A stretch of DNA of 64,000 nucleotides from an uncultured Gemmatimonadales bacterium. GTDB taxonomy: Bacteria > Gemmatimonadota > Gemmatimonadetes > Longimicrobiales > RSA9. Location: assembly GCA_963798085.1 (NCBI GenBank), contig CAWCRS010000009.1, positions 224,001-288,000 on the forward strand. Reading direction: 5' to 3'. The translations under genes were made by a program, and so were the position numbers. The first letter of the stretch is position 1. The number at the start of each line of letters is the position of its first letter. The notes beneath the pieces are model-generated. The model searched no databases and had not been told where the DNA came from. It saw only the letters and a program-made list of their open reading frames with translations. Of this stretch, positions 57,728 to 64,000 are shown one piece after another.

Positions 57728-60146
57728 ATGAACGCGCTGCTGAAGGACCTGCGCTACGGTGCGCGCATGATCCGCAAGACGCCGGGCGCATCGCTCATCG
57801 CGGTCATTGCGCTGGCGCTGGGCATCGGCCTGACCACGCTGATGTTCAGCATCGTGTACGGCGCGCTCATCCGGGGCCTGCCCTTCGAGCACAGTGAACG
57901 CCTGGTCAACATCAACCGCGTGCGCAAGGATCGCGGCAACGTGGGCATTTTCGCGCCCGACTTCGCCGACTGGAGCGCACAGCAGCGCTCCTTCGAGGAG
58001 CTGGGCGCCTACGCCGGCACATCCATCACGCTGTCGAGCGGCGACGCGCCGCGGCGCGTGAGAGGCGCGTACGTGTCAGCCAGCCTGTTCCGCGTGCTGC
58101 GCGTGCATCCACTGATGGGTCGCGTGTTCACGGATGAAGACGACCGGTCCGGCTCACCTGACATGCTGATCATCGGCTACGACGTGTGGCAGAGTGATTT
58201 CGCCGGCGATCCCGGCATCATCGGCAGGTCCGTGCGCATGAACGGCATCGATGCCGTGATCGTCGGCGTCATGCCGCGCGGTTTCGGCTTCCCCGACACG
58301 CAGAGCGCGTGGGTGCCATTGCGCCTGGATCCGGCGCGGACGGAGCGGGGCAGGGGCATGTCGGTGGGCGTCGTGGGCCGGCTGCGGGCCGCGGTGAGCA
58401 TGGCGCAGGCGACGGCGGACATGGAGGCCATCGCGCAGCGCCAGGCGAGCGCGTATCCGGTCACGAACCAGGACATCACCGTCAGACTGCAGACCTCGCA
58501 GCAGGCGAGACTGGGCCGGGACGAGCGCACCGTGCTCTACACGATGCTGGGCGCCGTGCTGTTCGTGCTGCTCATTGCCTGCGCCAATGTGGCGAATCTG
58601 CTGATCGGCAGGGCCATGGTGCGCACGCGCGAGATCGGCGTGCGCACCGCGCTGGGCGCATTCGAAACTGCGTGTGATGAGCCAGTTCCTCACGGAATCG
58701 CTGGCGCTGGCCATCGCCGGTGCCGCCATCGGTGTGGTGATCGCGGCGGTCGGCATCCGCGCGTTCAATGGCGCGATTGCAGGCGTCAATCCACCGTTCT
58801 GGCTGAAGATCGCGCTGGACACGCCGTCACTGCTCTGTGCCAGCGCCGCCACGGTGCTGGCCACGCTGGCGGCGGGCTCCATTCCCGCCGTGCAGGCGGC
58901 CACCGCGAACACGCACGACATCCTGAAGGATGAGTCGCGCGGCAGCTCGAGCTTCAGACTGGGCAACCTGAGCCGCGTCCTGGTGATGGCGGAAATGGCG
59001 CTGTCGGTCGGGCTGCTCGTAGGTGCCGGCCTCATGATCAAGAGCGTGGTCAAACTGGAAACAATCGATCTCGGCTTCGACGCAAGGCACACGCTGAATG
59101 CACGCATGATCATGTCCGACACCATCTACAACGACCGCGAGCGCCGCCTGCGCCTGGCCACGGACCTGCTGACACGCGTGTCAGCAATGCCGGGTGTCAC
59201 CGCGGCCACGCTCACCACGTCCGCGCCGGGCATGGGTGGCGGCAGCAACCTCTTCGCACTGGAGGGCGTCACCTACGCCACCGATCGCGACTACCCGTCG
59301 GCGCCCGGCGCCACTATCGCGCCCGGGTTCTTCGCCACGCTGGGCTTCAGGGTCATCGGTGGCCGCGAATTCACGGCGGACGATCGCGACGGCACGCTGC
59401 CCGTTGTGGTCGTCAATCAGTCGTTCGAGCGACGCTGGTTCCCGGGGCAGAGCGCGCTGGGCAAGCGCCTGCGCTTCGGCACCAACATCGCCGGCAACCC
59501 GAACCCGTGGATGACGATCGTGGGCGTGGTCCCCGATCTCTATGTCACTGCCGTGGACGAACAGGTGCACGAAGGTCTGTACCGGCCGATTGCGCAGGCG
59601 GGCCCGCGCGGCCTCACGGTGCTGGCACTGACGCGCGCGAAGCCGGCATCGCTCGTGAATGCGCTGCGCGGCGTCGTCGCCGATGTGGATCCCAACCTGG
59701 CGCTGGATCAGCTGGGTTCGCTCGAGGAAGTCATCCAGCAGGAGAACTGGTACTACGCCGTGTTCGGTGCGCTGTTCGTCGCGTTCGGCGGCGCTGCTCT
59801 CTTCCTTGCCTCGATCGGGCTGTACGGCGTCATGTCGTTCGCCGTGAGCCGGCGGCGGCGCGAGATGGGTGTGCGCATGGCCGTGGGTGCGGACGCGCGC
59901 GACGTGGTGCGCCTGGTCCTGCGACAGGGCATGACACAAACCGCCATCGGCCTCATTGTGGGAACCGCTTTTGCGCTTTTCGTGTCGAAACTGCTGGCGG
60001 CCATCCTCTTCCAGGTGCAGCCCCGCGATCCGGTGATCTTCGCGTCCATCATTGCAGTACTGCTGCTCACCGCCGTGCTGGCGTGCTGGATCCCGGCCCT
60101 GCGCGCGGCCCGCGTGGACCCCCTGGAAGCTCTGCGCTACGAGTAG
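57728..60146 (+). CDS. Duplicated orphan ABC permease (ADOP-like), frameshift near 58661
   Basis: ORFs 57728..58933 and 58674..60146 join at TALGAS/KLRVMSQFLTES; ends DPLEALRYE. Confidence 0.9.
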
Positions 60147-60292
60147 CCCGGCCCGCCCGTGCGCGCTACCGCTGTCGCGCGCGGTTGCCCGCAGGGTGGC
60201 GGGGGCGTACGTTGCAACGCCCCGTCGTTGCGATTGTCGGCGCGGGTTACAGCAAATGTCTCCAGCGCGAGAATCGAGAACATCCACACGGC

Positions 60293-61012
60293 ATGCTGAG
60301 CATCCGCGAGGTGTCACGCATCCTGGACGTGTCCGAGCGCACGGTGCAGCGCTGGATCCGCTCCGGTGATCTGCCCGCCAGCCGGCAGCGCGAACAGGCA
60401 CTGATCAATCCCGTCGACCTGCTGGAGTGGGCTTCCGCGCGGGGCGTCGAGCTGTCGCCCGAGCTGAGCCAGCAGTGGGCCGTGCCCGAGCTGCCCTCGC
60501 TCTACGACGCCCTTGCGGCAGGCGGCATTCACACGGACGTACCGGGGCACAGCAAGGACACGGTGCTGCGCGCCGTGGCCCGGCGCCTGCCGCTGCGCAA
60601 CGAGGACGAGAAGGAGTTCGTGCTGCAGGGCATGCTGGCCCGCGAAGCGCTCGGTTCCACTGCGATCGGCGGCGGTGTCGCCATTCCCCACGTGCGCAAC
60701 CCCATCATCCTGCACGTCACCCGACCCGCCGTGATGCTATCGTTCCTGGAGAACGAGATCGATTTCGGCGCCCTGGATGGGCAGCCGGTCACGGTCCTGT
60801 TCACAGTCGTCAGTCCCACCGTGCGCCTGCACCTGCACCTGCTGTCGCGCCTCGGTTTCGTGCTGCACGATGCCGATGTGCGGCGGTTGCTGGGTGAGCG
60901 TGCCTCACCCGCCGCCGTGCTGGAACGCGTGCGCTGTGTGGAGGCGGCACTGCCCGGCCGGGATGGACTGGACGGCCACGTCTCCACCAACGGGCCGGCA
61001 CAGGCGAGCTAA
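60293..61012 (+). CDS. Excisionase-like HTH fused to a PTS EIIA (Ntr/fructose-type) domain
   Basis: LSIREVSRILDVSERTVQRWIRSGDLPA; REALGSTAIGGGVAIPHVR; IDFGALDGQPV. Confidence 0.88.
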   Translation: MLSIREVSRILDVSERTVQRWIRSGDLPASRQREQALINPVDLLEWASARGVELSPELSQQWAVPELPSLYDALAAGGIHTDVPGHSKDTVLRAVARRLPLRNEDEKEFVLQGMLAREALGSTAIGGGVAIPHVRNPIILHVTRPAVMLSFLENEIDFGALDGQPVTVLFTVVSPTVRLHLHLLSRLGFVLHDADVRRLLGERASPAAVLERVRCVEAALPGRDGLDGHVSTNGPAQAS

Positions 61013-62982
61013 TGCTGCTGGCGGGCGCGTTCCTGGCACTCCTGCTGGGCGCGGTCCTCTCGCTGGTCTTCGGCCGTGATGCGCTGACCCGCGCCCGACT
61101 GGGCGTGGCCGGCGCCGTCACTGCATCGCTGCTGGGTCTGGCCGCCTGCCTGCCCCCGCTCATCTCTGCCGGCGCCGTGGTCTACCACGTTGCGTGGTCC
61201 GTGCCCCGTGGCTCCTTCACGCTGGTGCTCGATCCCCTGGCGGCGTTCTTCCTGCTGATCACGTTCCTGCTGACACCCCTGACCGCGTGGTACGGCGGGC
61301 GCTACCTGCGCGAGCAGGCGCACGCACCGCGCGCCACGTGGTTCTTCTGGAACCTGCTGATCGCGGCGATTGCGCTGGTGCTGCTGGCGGGTAACGCAGT
61401 GTTATTCCTGGTCGCATGGGAAGTGATGACCATCGCCTCCTTCTTCCTGGTCACGACGGAGGATGAGCGGCTCGAGGTGCGACGCGCGGGCTGGATCTAC
61501 CTGATCGCCGCGCACATTGGCACGGCCTTCCTGATGGTGTTCTTCCTGCTGGCCGGCGGCAGCGCGGGTTCGCTCGATTTCGCGGCGCTCGGCGGCCACG
61601 CGCTGGTGGCGCCGGGTCTGCTGTTCGCACTGGCGCTGGTGGGTTTCGGCGCCAAGGCCGGACTCGTGCCCCTGCACGTGTGGCTGCCCGAAGCGCACCC
61701 GGCGGCGCCCAGTCACGTGTCCGCCCTGATGTCGGGTGTGCTGATTGCGACCGGCATGTACGGTATTCTGCGCGCCCTCGTGCTGGCCGGCCCGCTGGCG
61801 CCCGCATGGGGACCGGCCCTGATCGTGATCGGCGCACTGAGCGGACTGGTGGGCGTGGTGTTCGCGCTCGCGCAGGATGACATGAAGCGCGCTCTCGCAT
61901 ACTCGAGTGTCGAGAACATGGGGATTGCGCTGCTCGGCATCGGCGCGGGCGTGACCGGACTGAGCCGCGGCTCGCCCGTGCTGGCCGAGATCGGCTTCGG
62001 CGCTGCCCTGCTGCACGTGCTGAATCATGCGTGCTTCAAGGGACTGCTGTTCCTGGGCGCGGGCGCAGTGCGCCAGGCAACGGGCCAGACGGGAATCGAC
62101 CGGCTGGGTGGCCTGCTGCGACGCATGCCGCGCACCGGCCTCGCCTTTCTCGTGGGGTGCGCTGCCATCACGGGCCTGCCGCCGCTCAATGGCTTCAGCA
62201 GCGAATTCCTCACGTTCCTCGCGGGACTGCGCATCGTCCGCGACATGCCGCCGGGCACGCGCTGGGCCGGCATCATCCTGGTGTGCGCGCTGGCCGCGGT
62301 GAGCGGCCTGGCCGTGGCACTGTTCGCGAAGTTGTTCGGCAGCGCATTCCTGGGCACGCCGCGCAGCGCGGCTGCGGCGCAGGCGCGCGAGGCGCACGTC
62401 GATCTGCGCACGCCGCTGCTCATCCTGGCAGCCGCGTGTGTGCTGCTGGGTCTCTTCCCGATCGTGGGCGTGCGTGCCGCGGCCGGTGCGGTGGGGCGGC
62501 TGGCGGGGCGGCCGCTCGATACCCGGACAGCCACACTGCTGCTCAGTACGCGGCTGCTGGGTAACGCCGTGTTGGGACTGAGCGCTCTGCTCGCACTGTG
62601 CGCCGGCCTGCGCTGGTCGCTCGTGCGACGACGCGAACGTCAGATCTCCGTCACCTGGGGCTGCGGTTATGCCGGGACGGTGGAACGCGCGCAGTACAGC
62701 GCATCATCGCTGGTGGCACCACTGGTCGCGTTCCTGGGCGGGGTGCTGCCCAGTGAGACGACAAGGGTGGCGCCGCCCCACGGCCTGTTCCCGGACACGG
62801 CAACGCTGCATGCGGGCGCCGCCGACGTATTCACGCAGCGCATGTACGGTCCCTCCTTCCAGTGGCTGAGCCGCTCCTTCCGCAGGCTGCGCATCGTGCA
62901 GCACGGCCGCCTGCACTGGTACCTGCTGTACGTGTTCCTCACGCTGCTGCTCATGCTGCTGATCGAGTTCGGCCAATGGTGA
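61012..62982 (+). CDS. hyfB: Hydrogenase-4 component B-like proton-translocating membrane subunit (HyfB/HycC/Ehr)
   Basis: FLVAWEVM, KAGLVPLHVWLPEAHPAAPSHVSALMSG, KRALAYSSVEN, NHACFKGLLFL, TWGCGY. Confidence 0.88.
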   Translation: MLLAGAFLALLLGAVLSLVFGRDALTRARLGVAGAVTASLLGLAACLPPLISAGAVVYHVAWSVPRGSFTLVLDPLAAFFLLITFLLTPLTAWYGGRYLREQAHAPRATWFFWNLLIAAIALVLLAGNAVLFLVAWEVMTIASFFLVTTEDERLEVRRAGWIYLIAAHIGTAFLMVFFLLAGGSAGSLDFAALGGHALVAPGLLFALALVGFGAKAGLVPLHVWLPEAHPAAPSHVSALMSGVLIATGMYGILRALVLAGPLAPAWGPALIVIGALSGLVGVVFALAQDDMKRALAYSSVENMGIALLGIGAGVTGLSRGSPVLAEIGFGAALLHVLNHACFKGLLFLGAGAVRQATGQTGIDRLGGLLRRMPRTGLAFLVGCAAITGLPPLNGFSSEFLTFLAGLRIVRDMPPGTRWAGIILVCALAAVSGLAVALFAKLFGSAFLGTPRSAAAAQAREAHVDLRTPLLILAAACVLLGLFPIVGVRAAAGAVGRLAGRPLDTRTATLLLSTRLLGNAVLGLSALLALCAGLRWSLVRRRERQISVTWGCGYAGTVERAQYSASSLVAPLVAFLGGVLPSETTRVAPPHGLFPDTATLHAGAADVFTQRMYGPSFQWLSRSFRRLRIVQHGRLHWYLLYVFLTLLLMLLIEFGQW

Positions 62983-63886
62983 TCCGCAGCCTGCTGCCGC
63001 CGCTGCTGGGCCTGGCCGGCGCGCCCCTGCTGCTTGGCACGATCAACAAGCTGAAGGCCGCGTTCGTGGGCCGCACGGGCGCACCCCTGACACAGCCGTA
63101 TCACGACCTGGCCCGCCTGCTGCGCAAAAATCTGGTGTACAGCAGCACGACGACGTGGCTGTTCCGCGCGCTTCCCGCAGTCTCGCTTGCGGCCGGCGTG
63201 GCTGTCGTGCTGCTCCTGCCGGCACTGGGACAGCGCCCGCCGTTTTCCTTCCCTGCCGACTTCCTGGTTCTGGCCGGTGCCCTGGCGCTGAGTCGCGCGA
63301 GCACGGTGTTAGCGGCGCTGGACACGGGATCGAGTTTCGAGGGCATGGGCGCCAGCCGCGAGCTGTTCATCGCCGCCCTGGCCGAGCCGGCGTTCTTCCT
63401 GGTGCTGCTGGTGCTGGTGACCCGGAGCGGGGAGCTGTCATGGCGGGCATGCTGGGTCCGGCGCTGACCGCGCACGGGTCAGGCGAGGCTGCCGCTCTGC
63501 TGCTGGCGGGCGGGGCCTTGCTGCTGCTGCTGCTCGCCGAGAACTCGCGTGTGCCGGTCGATGATCCGACGACGCATCTCGAGCTGACCATGATTCACGA
63601 AGTCATGGTACTGGACCATGCCGGGCCCGATCTGGCGTTCATCCTGTACGGCGCCATGCTCAAGTTGTGGCTGTTCGCGGCGCTGCTGGTCGATCTCGCG
63701 CTTCCGGTGGGCGGCCTGCCCGCGCTGCCTGGCGCGCTGCTCTTCCTGGCGGGCATGGCGCTCAGCGCGCTGCTGGTGGCGCTGGTGGAGTCGAGCATGG
63801 CACGACTGCGGCTGGCGCGCGTGCCCCAGCTCCTGATCGCGGCATCCGTGCTGGCCGCGTTCTCCCTCCTGCTATCGGCGAGTTAG
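62976..63886 (+). CDS. hyfC: HyfC/HycD (NuoH-like) membrane subunit, frameshift near 63440
   Basis: GRTGAPLTQPYHDL, LDTGSSFEGMGASRE, ENSRVPVDDPTTHLELTMIHE. Confidence 0.88.
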
Positions 63887-63887
63887 C

Positions 63888-64000
63888 ATGCAGCCGCTGC
63901 TGGAGACCCTGCTCATCGGCATTGTGCTGGTGAACCTGTCCATCCTGGGGTCGAGCCGGCTGGCCGGCTGCATCCGGCTGGTGGCGGTGCAGGGGGTGCT
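63888..64000 (+). CDS. HyfE-like membrane subunit, 3'-truncated by the window edge
   Basis: MQPLLETLLIGIVLVNLSILGSSRLAGCIRLVAVQG; position after the hyfC-like gene. Confidence 0.7.
   Translation, partial: MQPLLETLLIGIVLVNLSILGSSRLAGCIRLVAVQGV

Noticed and set aside
60293..60460. Excisionase-like HTH as evidence of a prophage or ICE
   Set aside because: It is fused to EIIA, and there is no integrase, att site or phage gene nearby.

Overview
High-GC bacterial chromosomal segment. The gene mix (many orphan duplicated FtsX-type permeases with PadR, a TolB/PD40-amidohydrolase, six-bladed beta-propeller lipoproteins, a TonB-dependent receptor) suggests Gemmatimonadota or a similar diderm; this is inference. 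Recognisable content: six orphan ABC permeases, an aldo/keto reductase, thiC under a TPP riboswitch, a DinB-amine oxidase-leader-TonB receptor-propeller run, a cysM/JAB/ubiquitin-like-MoeB-rhodanese sulfur-relay operon, lon, lepB, hutU, hutF, an S2P/NUDIX/AAA operon, a cupredoxin-CHRD-beta-barrel operon and the start of a hydrogenase-4-like (Hyf/Ehr) operon preceded by an HTH-PTS IIA gene. I found no rRNA, tRNA, CRISPR array, integrase or transposase. Many genes carry single-base frameshifts that look like long-read consensus errors, and about half sit on a GATG/CATC core. Best candidates for new biology: (1) a Cys-rich leader peptide plus terminator in front of the sulfur-relay operon, (2) a His/Cys-rich CXXC...GPP leader ORF in front of the TonB receptor, resembling a metal-sensing arrest peptide, (3) a Ubl-E1-rhodanese polyprotein next to a JAB protease, (4) an orphan T6SS-cargo-like LysM/hydrolase pair, (5) a cupredoxin-CHRD-barrel module and (6) a four-box palindromic repeat array at about 56.5-56.8 kb. 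All family calls come from motif recognition by eye; no database searches were run.
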